Positions 1-8,084 of a stretch of DNA of 64,000 nucleotides are shown in pieces. This DNA comes from an archaeon. GTDB lineage: Archaea > Nanobdellota > Nanobdellia > Pacearchaeales > GW2011-AR1. The stretch spans positions 1-64,000 of the forward strand of contig JBDRNU010000026.1 of NCBI GenBank assembly GCA_043810775.1. Direction: 5' to 3'. A program made the translations under genes and the position numbers. How positions within the stretch are numbered: the stretch's first letter is position 1; each line of letters begins with the position of its first letter. The notes below the pieces were generated by a model, which worked only from the letters and a program-made list of their open reading frames with translations, was not told the origin of the DNA and did not search any database.

Positions 1-5
1 ATTTG

Positions 6-57
6 GGAGATTTATGTCTTGCACTAAGCAAGTGGGCGTAAGCCCAAATAAATCACC
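6..57 (+). other. Small three-way-junction structure at the window edge, possibly part of a preceding structured unit
   Basis: ggagatttat (6-15) pairs with ataaatcacc (48-57) with one mismatch, enclosing hairpins cttgc-actaa-gcaag and tgggc-gtaa-gccca. Confidence 0.6.
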
Positions 58-220
58 TGTAAACGTATGTTGAAAGACCTGAACGAAGTGAAGGCACGAG
101 TGCGAACTAAGAGCCTCGTGAGTGGAAATTTCGTTCTCGCCCATGTGAGTTGCGTAGTTTTTTGAAGAAGCGAAGGATATATAATCCCTCGCTCTTTCAT
201 TACTTTGGGAGGTAATGAAT

Positions 221-367
221 ATGAGTTTTAGTATAGGGGGATTGTCAGCTTCAGCAGTATCAGTATTAGTTGCTTTTTTTATGATTGCTACTGAACACAT
301 CTTCTGGGGAATAAGTTTTATTTTTTTAGCAATCATTTTAGCATTTATATCTACAGAAAAGAACTAA
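221..367 (+). CDS. 48-aa hydrophobic peptide MSFSIGGLSASAVSVLVAFFMIATEHIFWGISFIFLAIILAFISTEKN, likely 2 TM segments
   Basis: Not in the ORF track. SD GGAGGT at 208-213, ATG 221, TAA 365-367; TATA-like gatatataa at 176-184. Confidence 0.65.
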   Translation: MSFSIGGLSASAVSVLVAFFMIATEHIFWGISFIFLAIILAFISTEKN

Positions 368-494
368 GCAACCAAGCTGACAATCCTAAAAGGATTGTGA
401 TAATATAAAGAGCGATGGCTACTTCATTGCTAACTCTATCTCGCTTCTGAAAAAAATTTAATTTAACTTTAGTTATGTGATGTCTTGATTTCAT
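351..494 (-). CDS. 47-aa peptide MKSRHHITKVKLNFFQKRDRVSNEVAIALYIITILLGLSAWLLSSFL, basic N-terminus plus C-terminal TM
   Basis: Not in the ORF track. SD AGGAGA (complement of 502-507) 7 nt upstream of the ATG; TAG at 353-351; convergent with and overlapping 221-367. Confidence 0.6.
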   Translation of the reverse strand: MKSRHHITKVKLNFFQKRDRVSNEVAIALYIITILLGLSAWLLSSFL

Positions 495-656
495 ATTCGT
501 ATCTCCTTTTGTGAAGTTAAGTTGAGCAATTCACTTCTTAGGCGAGAATTACCGACAGCCGAAAGGTGTGGGAAAGGGGAAGCTAAAGCTCTGTGCCTAA
601 AACTAGGGTTCAGTCGGTAACATTTATGCGAAATTTTCATTTTTTTCAACATCGGG

Positions 657-686
657 GATATATAACTTATTTAGAATTTATATATC
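657..686. promoter_or_regulatory. 9-bp inverted repeat between the folded element and the recombinase gene; candidate recombinase or regulator site
   Basis: gatatataa (657-665), 12-nt spacer, ttatatatc (678-686). Confidence 0.4.
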
Positions 687-738
687 AAATTTAGAATATA
701 TAGTAACCTTTATATACTATTAAAGTAATTTTAATTTT

Positions 739-1551
739 ATGAACAATAAAGAGGACTGCCTTAAAAAATTAGAAGAAAACCTTAAATTAAGAAACTATTC
801 AAAAGAAACCCAAAAAGTCTATATTATACATATAAAAAAATACTTTGAATTTCTTGAAAATGAATCTCCTTGCTATGAAAATGCCAAAGAATACATTCTG
901 AAAAAGCTAGAAACTAATGAGCCCTCATCAGTCCACCACACTATTTTCGCAGTAGAATATTTCTTCAAAAACATTTTAAAAGAGAGTATTTATATTCCAA
1001 AGCCAAAAAGAAGCAAAAAAATACCTGAAATCCTCACTCAAGAAGAAATTAAAAGCATGATTCAATCTACAAGAAATATAAAGCACAAATTAATACTAAA
1101 AATCCTTTATGGTTGCGGGTTAAGGGTTTCTGAAGTAGTAAATTTAAAAAATGAAAATGTAAGCATTAAAGAAAGTTTAATCCATATTAAGCAAGGAAAA
1201 GGGAAAAAAGACAGGTTTGTAAAAATTCCTGGTTCAATAAATGAAGAGCTTAATGCATATCTCAAGCTTAACAACGACGAGTTTTTATTCCCATCAACAA
1301 GAGGAGGAAAGCTGACTAAAAAAACAATTTCAAAAATAGTTGAAACTTCAGCAAAAAAAGCAAAGATTAAAAAAAGAGTTTACCCACACTTATTAAGACA
1401 CTCCTTTGCCACTCATTTGCTCGAGCAAGGAGTAGATTTAAAAATAATACAGAAGTTATTAGGTCATTCTGACATAAAAACAACACAGATTTACACCCAA
1501 ATTTCACAAGCATCAATTAAAAATATAAAATCTCCATTAGACAATTTATAA
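739..1551 (+). CDS. Tyrosine recombinase (XerA/XerD or integron-integrase-like, N-terminal SAM-like domain)
   Basis: Catalytic motifs GLRVSE, GKGKK, HLLRH, LGHS, TQIY; N-terminus LKLRNYSKETQKVY; no obvious IntI-specific insertion. Confidence 0.95.
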   Translation: MNNKEDCLKKLEENLKLRNYSKETQKVYIIHIKKYFEFLENESPCYENAKEYILKKLETNEPSSVHHTIFAVEYFFKNILKESIYIPKPKRSKKIPEILTQEEIKSMIQSTRNIKHKLILKILYGCGLRVSEVVNLKNENVSIKESLIHIKQGKGKKDRFVKIPGSINEELNAYLKLNNDEFLFPSTRGGKLTKKTISKIVETSAKKAKIKKRVYPHLLRHSFATHLLEQGVDLKIIQKLLGHSDIKTTQIYTQISQASIKNIKSPLDNL

Positions 1552-1554
1552 AAA

Positions 1555-3765
1555 ATGCCAAGAAAAAGAAAAATAGCAGAAGATATGAAAGAGCCAGACT
1601 ATATACCTATGAGTCCATCAAACTTAAAGCACACTACTGAAATTACAGTCAAACATATTGACAAAAAAGCTCTTCTAACAGTGGAAAAGCAGGGAAAAAA
1701 GCCAAAGCAGGAAAAATACACACTAATAATAACAGAAAAACCACAGGCAGCTGAAAAAATAGCCCATGCACTTGGAAATCCACTAAAAATTTCAAATAAA
1801 GACAGAACAAATTATTTTGAGTTAAACAAAAACGGAAAGAAAATACTAATTACAGCCGCAGTAGGTCATCTTCTCAATCTAGAGCAGAAAAAAGGTGAAA
1901 AAGGCTGGCCAATATTCAAACTAGAATGGGTTCCAGGATATAAGAAGAAAAAAGCAGAATTCAGCAAAAAATATTACTCTCTAATAAGTAAATTATGTAA
2001 AGATGCTTCTGAATTTGTCGTAGCTACAGACTATGATGTAGAAGGGGAGGTAATTGGATTGAATATAATTAGATACATATGCAAGCAGAAAGATGCTCAA
2101 AGAATGAAATTCTCAAGCCTGACTAAAGAAGAAATTCAAAAAGCCTTCCAGAACTTACAGCCTACACTAAACTGGGGGCAGGCAATAGCCGGAGAAACTC
2201 GGCACTATCTTGACTGGCTTTACGGCATAAATCTTTCTCGTGCCCTAATGGACGCTATTAAAACAACAGGCAGTTTCAGGATAATGTCAATTGGCAGAGT
2301 TCAGGGTCCAGCCCTACATCTAATTGTTGACCGCGAGCTGAAAATCCAGAACTTCAAGCCACAAGCTTACTGGCAGGTCTATATCTCGATCTTACCAGGA
2401 AAAATAGAGCTAAAATATAATAAAGACATAACTAAAAAAGAAGAGCTTGATGAGTTCTTAAAACTAAAAGGTAAAAAAGCTCAAGCAGAAACAAAAACTT
2501 CTGATCAGGTTATAACTCCTCCAGTGCCTTTTGATTTAACAACTTTGCAAACAGAATCCTATAAATTCTTTGGAATAACTCCCTCAAAAACCTTGCAAAT
2601 CGCGCAATCATTATATCTGGCAGGTTTAATATCCTACCCAAGAACATCTAGCCAGAAAATACCAGAAGCAATTTCTCCAAGAACTATAATCAACAAGCTA
2701 TCTAAAAACTATAAAGAAGCTTCTCTATGCTCTCGAACTAAACCAATAGAAGGCAAAAAATCAGACCCTGCACACCCATCAATCTATCCAACTGGCGAGC
2801 AAGCTTCCCTAGCTGGCGAGCAAAAAAAAGTTTATGATTTAATAGTAAGAAGATTTCTTGCAGTTTTCTGTGAAGATGCAATAGTTGAAAACAAATCAAT
2901 AAGCGTAACTATAGATAATCATAAATTTTATACTAGAGGCCAGATAGTAAAGAAAAAAGGTTGGATGCAGGTGTATCAAGCCAGTATAAAAGAAAACAAG
3001 CTCCCAGATATAAATGGGGAAGTAAAAATAGATAAGGTAAGAATAGAAGAAAAAGAAACCCAGCCTCCAAAGCGCTATTCACAAGCTTCACTTATTTCAG
3101 AGCTTGAAAAGCATAACCTAGGAACCAAAGCAACTCGGGCTTCAATAATTGAGACTCTGTATGACAGGCAGTATATAAGAGAACTTTCAATTCAGGCAAC
3201 TCCTCTGGGAATGTCCCTGATTTCAACCATGAAAAAAAATGTTCCAATAATAATTGAAGAAGAGCTTACAAGGCATTTTGAAAAAGAAATGGAAATAATA
3301 CGAACAGCAAAAAAGAATCTAAATGAAAAACAAAAGCAAATCTTGCAAGAAGCTGAAAAAACTCTTACTAAAATATCTCACGATTTCAAGAAAAAAGAAA
3401 AAGCAATAGGCAAAGACTTGGTAAAGGCAACAAGCCACCTAATTAAAGACATGAAAGAACAAAACACTCTTGTCCTATGCCCTGTATGCAAAAAAGGGCA
3501 CCTTGCAATTACTTTCTCAAAGAAAACAAAGCGCCACTTTATAGCTTGTAATGCTTATCCTGAATGCAAAACCACATTTTCTCTTCCACCAGGAGGGCTG
3601 GTTAAAAAAACAGATAAAGTCTGTGACAAATGCGGATTTCCTCTCCTAATAAGGCTGATGAAAGGCAGGCGTCCCTGGATATTCTGCTTTAATCCTAATT
3701 GCGAAACTAATAAAGAGTGGCAGAAAAAGCGTGAAGAATATATGAAGAATCATAAAACTAGCTGA
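1555..3765 (+). CDS. topA: DNA topoisomerase IA
   Basis: TOPRIM motifs TEKP and ATDYDVEGE, GRVQ, catalytic ISYPRT, C-terminal Zn ribbons. Confidence 0.97.
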   Translation: MPRKRKIAEDMKEPDYIPMSPSNLKHTTEITVKHIDKKALLTVEKQGKKPKQEKYTLIITEKPQAAEKIAHALGNPLKISNKDRTNYFELNKNGKKILITAAVGHLLNLEQKKGEKGWPIFKLEWVPGYKKKKAEFSKKYYSLISKLCKDASEFVVATDYDVEGEVIGLNIIRYICKQKDAQRMKFSSLTKEEIQKAFQNLQPTLNWGQAIAGETRHYLDWLYGINLSRALMDAIKTTGSFRIMSIGRVQGPALHLIVDRELKIQNFKPQAYWQVYISILPGKIELKYNKDITKKEELDEFLKLKGKKAQAETKTSDQVITPPVPFDLTTLQTESYKFFGITPSKTLQIAQSLYLAGLISYPRTSSQKIPEAISPRTIINKLSKNYKEASLCSRTKPIEGKKSDPAHPSIYPTGEQASLAGEQKKVYDLIVRRFLAVFCEDAIVENKSISVTIDNHKFYTRGQIVKKKGWMQVYQASIKENKLPDINGEVKIDKVRIEEKETQPPKRYSQASLISELEKHNLGTKATRASIIETLYDRQYIRELSIQATPLGMSLISTMKKNVPIIIEEELTRHFEKEMEIIRTAKKNLNEKQKQILQEAEKTLTKISHDFKKKEKAIGKDLVKATSHLIKDMKEQNTLVLCPVCKKGHLAITFSKKTKRHFIACNAYPECKTTFSLPPGGLVKKTDKVCDKCGFPLLIRLMKGRRPWIFCFNPNCETNKEWQKKREEYMKNHKTS

Positions 3766-4525
3766 CACTTTTACACAAATATCTACTATGGGAATCAGGA
3801 ATTTTTCTTGCATTTTCTTCATGCTTCACCAAGTCATATTTTGAAAAATCTATGAACCCTCCTCTAATGAAAAAATCAAGCTGCCCATCTTCAATATGGG
3901 AATAATGCATAAATTTTCTCCAAGCTCGAGATATACCCGTATCATTTGAGATAATGCAAGTTTTCCCGCGTGTATTTGCAAGAACAGCTCCAGAAATTAA
4001 AACATCTATATCAGCCTCGCTTAGTTTAAATTTTTCCGGCAAATAAAAGTAAGCCTGATGATATCTATTATACATTCCTCTCTCTTTAAGTGATAAATCA
4101 AGTATTTTATTATAGGTCTGAATTGATTCTACAAGACCTCTCCTGCCTTTGCTTTCCACTTTTCTTGCCCTTGCTTCACATAATTCAGCGCCAGGGTATT
4201 CAAATTGCCCCATCTGCCTTAAAAACTTCTTGATATGAAAATAAAGTTTATGGGAAAATTCATCAAGTACTTTTTGAGTAACAAGAATATTCTCACCCTG
4301 AACAATAAGAGCTTCAAGATATTTATAAAATTGAACAGCAGAATTTAATTTTCTTGCGCTTTTATAAAAATCCTCCTCTTCAAAAAGTCTTCTCTCTCTT
4401 TCATTTTTCCCCATAGGGCAAATTAAAGCTGAAGTATCAAACAAGCACAAGCTATAATCTTGCACTAACTCATCTAAGGCTGTTTTTTCTGATTCACTTG
4501 CTGAATCCAATAAACTAACTGACAC
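3758..4525 (-). CDS. Hypothetical protein, PIN-domain-like
   Basis: FDTSAL, VLDE, LSEADID and IISND acidic motifs resemble the PIN fold; flanked by a 15-bp direct repeat. Confidence 0.55.
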   Translation of the reverse strand: MSVSLLDSASESEKTALDELVQDYSLCLFDTSALICPMGKNERERRLFEEEDFYKSARKLNSAVQFYKYLEALIVQGENILVTQKVLDEFSHKLYFHIKKFLRQMGQFEYPGAELCEARARKVESKGRRGLVESIQTYNKILDLSLKERGMYNRYHQAYFYLPEKFKLSEADIDVLISGAVLANTRGKTCIISNDTGISRAWRKFMHYSHIEDGQLDFFIRGGFIDFSKYDLVKHEENARKIPDSHSRYLCKSVS

Positions 4526-5245
4526 TCATATCCACCTCCTCTTTTTGATTCCAGAACCAGTAATATAAAAATTAAGCTCCTTTTCTGCCATGCTCCTGTG
4601 CTTCTTAAGTATAGCTTTCCTGTTTTTTCCTTCCTGCTTTAGCTCAATTATACACTTGCTCCAGTATTTTAGCAAGTCTCCTCCAACCATTCTTGCTTCA
4701 GGCTTCTTGCCAGCTCTAAAATCTTCATCAGATAAAAACTCAGAATAAGTCTGATTAGTAGCAATAATTGGAATTAGCTTATTTCTTGATATTTCAGCTA
4801 AAGTTCTCAGCTGTCTTGCTAGCTGAGAATTTATCTCCTTAACTTTCATCTCATCTTCCTTGCAATTAGCCAGTTCCAGCCTGTATAGCATAGTCATGCC
4901 ATCTACAACTATCAACCCAACACCCTTAATTTCTTTTAGCATTTTCTCAAATGCTTTTTCCTGCTCATCAAAAGTCACTGGCTTTAGCAATAAGATATTT
5001 TTCAGGGCTTTTTCATACTCTTCCCCAGTTACTTGCTTAAACCTGTCAAGCGAAAATCCTCCCTCACTATCGATAAAAATAACCTTCTTATCTTTTTTAG
5101 CCATGCTGCTGGCAGCTAGAACACAAAAATTAGTTTTCCCAGAGCCAGCTGGCCCATAAATAGTAGTTATAATGTCCTTTTCATATCCGCCATAAAGCCA
5201 CTTATTCAAGTCAAAACTTCCAGCTGAAATCCTGTCAGTTCTCAT
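4526..5245 (-). CDS. radB: DNA repair and recombination protein RadB
   Basis: Short RecA-fold ATPase: GPAGSGKT, IDSEGG, TNQ, KHRS basic patch. Confidence 0.93.
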   Translation of the reverse strand: MRTDRISAGSFDLNKWLYGGYEKDIITTIYGPAGSGKTNFCVLAASSMAKKDKKVIFIDSEGGFSLDRFKQVTGEEYEKALKNILLLKPVTFDEQEKAFEKMLKEIKGVGLIVVDGMTMLYRLELANCKEDEMKVKEINSQLARQLRTLAEISRNKLIPIIATNQTYSEFLSDEDFRAGKKPEARMVGGDLLKYWSKCIIELKQEGKNRKAILKKHRSMAEKELNFYITGSGIKKRRWI

Positions 5246-5403
5246 TTTTCCTCCCTAAATCCTGGAAAAATGAGGGCTCGAAAATTTTAATTTTCGTTGT
5301 TCTCATAATTAGTTAAGTATTGGCCTACTTATATTAATTTGTATACTAAAAATAAATTAATTAAATAATAACATTTAAAAACTCCTTAAAACCAGTCAAA
5401 GAT

Positions 5404-5760
5404 ATGGAAAAAATCTTATTAGTTGAGGATGATATAGCCTTAGCTGAACAAATGAAAAGATTTTTAGAAGAAACTCGGAAATGCCGAGTTAATATAACTC
5501 TTACACTAGATGAAGCATTGAAAAATGCGCACCAAAATTATGATTTGCTGATTACAGATAAAAATCTCGGAGGCCATAGAGGAATACACCCCCTTTTAGA
5601 TTATATGAAAGAAGAAAAGCCATATACCCCTGTTCTTCTTGCTTCTGGTGAAGAGGGTATTCAGGCAAGAAGAGAGCTCTACTGCCATGATTTTTGGGAT
5701 AAAGATGATATAGATGAGTTTTTAGGAAAAGTCGACAAATTGCTATCCAAAGCTGCGTGA
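5404..5760 (+). CDS. Stand-alone CheY-like receiver domain
   Basis: ILLVEDD, phosphoacceptor LLITD, conserved S and K. Confidence 0.85.
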   Translation: MEKILLVEDDIALAEQMKRFLEETRKCRVNITLTLDEALKNAHQNYDLLITDKNLGGHRGIHPLLDYMKEEKPYTPVLLASGEEGIQARRELYCHDFWDKDDIDEFLGKVDKLLSKAA

Positions 5761-5873
5761 AAATTTTAGAATGATTTTCCCTTAAATTCTGGCTCTTCCA
5801 AGCTATAATGCTTGACTTTTTTATTTTTTCCTTATTCTCCTTACTTAAATATTTTCCCTTTCAATAACTGCGC

Positions 5874-6428
5874 CTATTTCTCACCTTCTTCTTCGCTAAA
5901 AATCTGTGCCTGAAATCTATAAAGCTTAAATTTCTCTTTCTGCCAGCTGTCTTTAGGCAAGCAGGCTTTCTGGCATAAAACTTCTAAAAACTGAATTCTA
6001 TCCATATTATTTTCACTAGCTACCTGAGGCAATAGCAAGCCAGAATATCCTAAATACTCACACATTAAGCCGTCTTTTCCAACCTCAACTTCACTAGCAC
6101 TGCACTTTACTGGCATTGTCAAAACAGAAACCTCAATCTTAATTTCATCTAGCTCACTCTCCTTTACACTGGAAAATCTTGGGTCAGAAAAAGCAGCTGA
6201 TTTCGCAGCCTCAACTATAGCTTCACAAACAGCCTTAGTAGGATAAGGCAATCCAATGCATCCCCTCAGCTTTTCATTTTTATGCAAAGTAACAAATACC
6301 CCTCTAGCCTGTCTAAATTTAGCTCCTTTGGGAAGCTCAATTTTTTCACCTGAAAACTTGCTTTTTATAGACTCTCTAGCAAGTTTCACAAACTCCTTGC
6401 CATCTTCCCCAATATATTCCCCTAGCAT
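5874..6428 (-). CDS. AMMECR1 domain protein
   Basis: GVFVTL, LRGCIG, DPRF, EVSVLT, GLLLPQV motifs. Confidence 0.93.
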   Translation of the reverse strand: MLGEYIGEDGKEFVKLARESIKSKFSGEKIELPKGAKFRQARGVFVTLHKNEKLRGCIGLPYPTKAVCEAIVEAAKSAAFSDPRFSSVKESELDEIKIEVSVLTMPVKCSASEVEVGKDGLMCEYLGYSGLLLPQVASENNMDRIQFLEVLCQKACLPKDSWQKEKFKLYRFQAQIFSEEEGEK

Positions 6429-6464
6429 AACAAGTATTATATACTAAAGTTTAATAATCTTCTT

Positions 6465-6833
6465 ATGAATGAGAGGGATCCACTAGCCACCGCCTTAGAA
6501 CTGTTATCAAAGCTAAATGAAAATTATGACCCATTAGTTGCTAAAGAGCTGAAAAATCTTATTGAATCGCCTGGAAAAGGACCTTTAAAAATTCTATATA
6601 GTAAGAAATTATATATAATTATGAACAAAAATGTTTCTGAACTAATTAAAAAAATGGAAGAAGCTTTAAGAACAGGTGAAGGCTATCTAACTGAAGAAGA
6701 AAAGCTAAAAATTACAAAGTCTATGTCACTAGATGCTCAGCTAAAAGAAGATTACTTAGGAAGATATGCGCATCTTATAAGAATTACTCCATCATCAGAA
6801 AAACCTACAGAAATAGCCTATGACACAATTTAA
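6465..6833 (+). CDS. Hypothetical protein (ORFan)
   Basis: 122-aa ORF with upstream TATA-like sequence; no recognised motif. Confidence 0.6.
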   Translation: MNERDPLATALELLSKLNENYDPLVAKELKNLIESPGKGPLKILYSKKLYIIMNKNVSELIKKMEEALRTGEGYLTEEEKLKITKSMSLDAQLKEDYLGRYAHLIRITPSSEKPTEIAYDTI

Positions 6834-6845
6834 ACAACACGCTGA

Positions 6846-7103
6846 TTATTTTTTTAAGCCGGCTACCAGCTTATCAGTATCTTTTTCTATTTCAGAAACT
6901 GCATCCTGAATAGCTTTTTTAGGAGTCTTGTTTTTAGTCTTTATTTTTAAAATAGGGTTTTTAGTAGGGTGCTCTCTTTTCCAAGCTGCAAAACTAACAC
7001 TCTCATCTTTATTTAAATACACTCTTAAAAGTTCAACTATAGTCATATTGCTAATTTCAATTTCAGCTTCAGTCTTATCTTCTTTTAAATATTTAATTTC
7101 CAT
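6846..7103 (-). CDS. rpoL: RNA polymerase subunit L (Rpo11)
   Basis: V.FAAWKREHP motif and size; start moved to MEIKYL at 7103. Confidence 0.85.
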   Translation of the reverse strand: MEIKYLKEDKTEAEIEISNMTIVELLRVYLNKDESVSFAAWKREHPTKNPILKIKTKNKTPKKAIQDAVSEIEKDTDKLVAGLKK

Positions 7104-7126
7104 ATTAATACTCTGAAAAATTAGTT

Positions 7127-7267
7127 TATAAAGCTTATTGTAGCTGAACATTAACTAACTCTATGCAGGGAGTTAATTCAGTGGGCTAATATCTCTGATT
7201 TAGTCCCGCTCTTTGGCAACCTTTGGAAAAGGTTGACTATAAAGCTTATTGTAGCTGAACATTAACT
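7127..7267. repeat. Dispersed hairpin element copy A between perfect 30-bp direct repeats
   Basis: tataaagcttattgtagctgaacattaact at 7127-7156 and 7238-7267; internal sequence homologous to 9973-10068 and 46394-46543. Confidence 0.9.
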
Positions 7268-7268
7268 T

Positions 7269-8021
7269 TTAATCATCCAAGAACTCAATCTGCCCTACCT
7301 CCTCCCCACCCTCCAGCTCAATCTCGCTACTCTCTTCATCTTTAAATTCAGGAATTTCTTCAATTTCAGCTTTTTGCCTCTCCAGTTTCATTCTCTGCAA
7401 GTCTGCGATAGTAATTGTTTTCAGCGAGTTATTATCAAAATTTAAAACCCTCGCAGGTTTTCTAACTGCTTCAATTCTTTCCTGCTCTTTTTGAAACTCT
7501 TTTTTCCTTAAGAATATACCAAAATACTGCTCTAACTTATTTATAATTCTGTCACCATCTCCTGGCAAGTCTCCGCTTTCAATCATTTTCACTGCCTCTT
7601 CTGACTCACCTAAAGCATCACTTACTTGTTTTAAAGTCAGGTGCTTTTTTCTTCTCGCTGCCTGAATATGCCAGTGGAAATTATCCACAAGATATAAAGG
7701 CTTATTTCTAGCTATACTCTGTTGCCTTTTAATTTCAAAACTAGGCTTATCATAATTCTTAGCCTTAGTCAGCTTGTCTAAAGTAAGTTTAACCTTATCC
7801 TCTGTCTTACTGGCCGGAAGCCCAGCCATTCTGCTAAGTCTCTGATAAACAGTATAAGGCTTATCAGTCTCCCTTAACTGATAAGAAGTAGGTTTCCTGA
7901 TAATAGGAATTTCTTCAACTAGCGCACACTCTTCACAAATCCTAACTATCTCATCGCCATCAATTGCATCAAGAAGTCTGACTTCTTCTTCATCCCTTAG
8001 GCATCTGAAACACTGTTCCAT
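7269..8021 (-). CDS. Zn-ribbon plus HTH protein, archaeal MBF1-like
   Basis: CFRC...CEEC Zn ribbon, Cro/C1-type HTH (ARRKKHLT..VS..LGES..AVKMIESG); start moved to MEQCFRC. Confidence 0.75.
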   Translation of the reverse strand: MEQCFRCLRDEEEVRLLDAIDGDEIVRICEECALVEEIPIIRKPTSYQLRETDKPYTVYQRLSRMAGLPASKTEDKVKLTLDKLTKAKNYDKPSFEIKRQQSIARNKPLYLVDNFHWHIQAARRKKHLTLKQVSDALGESEEAVKMIESGDLPGDGDRIINKLEQYFGIFLRKKEFQKEQERIEAVRKPARVLNFDNNSLKTITIADLQRMKLERQKAEIEEIPEFKDEESSEIELEGGEEVGQIEFLDD

Positions 8022-8084
8022 AGCTGAGCTAAAAGGATTTAGCTTATTAATATTACTATAATGCAAAACATATGTCAACTAGAT

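Larger units (their letters stand above)
64..654 (+). mobile_element. Large folded single-strand (ssDNA or RNA) cassette-like element upstream of a tyrosine recombinase
   Basis: Nested stems 64-77/642-654, 121-133/629-641, 134-141/541-548, 549-556/613-620, 145-153/526-534, 156-173/441-458, 189-197/407-415, 239-251/374-386, 281-290/327-336, 460-471/512-523. G-T wobbles favour the + strand. The structure is seen directly; mobility is inferred. Confidence 0.6.

Noticed and set aside
64-654. rRNA fragment, RNase P, SRP RNA or group I/II intron
   Set aside because: No conserved sequence motifs of these RNAs were recognised and it contains two SD-led ORFs; an Rfam search is still needed to exclude them formally
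739-1551. Canonical integron integrase IntI
   Set aside because: 270 aa with no visible IntI-specific insertion; called a tyrosine recombinase only
7127-7267. Mini CRISPR array (30-bp repeat twice)
   Set aside because: Only two copies, the 81-bp 'spacer' recurs elsewhere with different flanking repeats, and no cas genes are present
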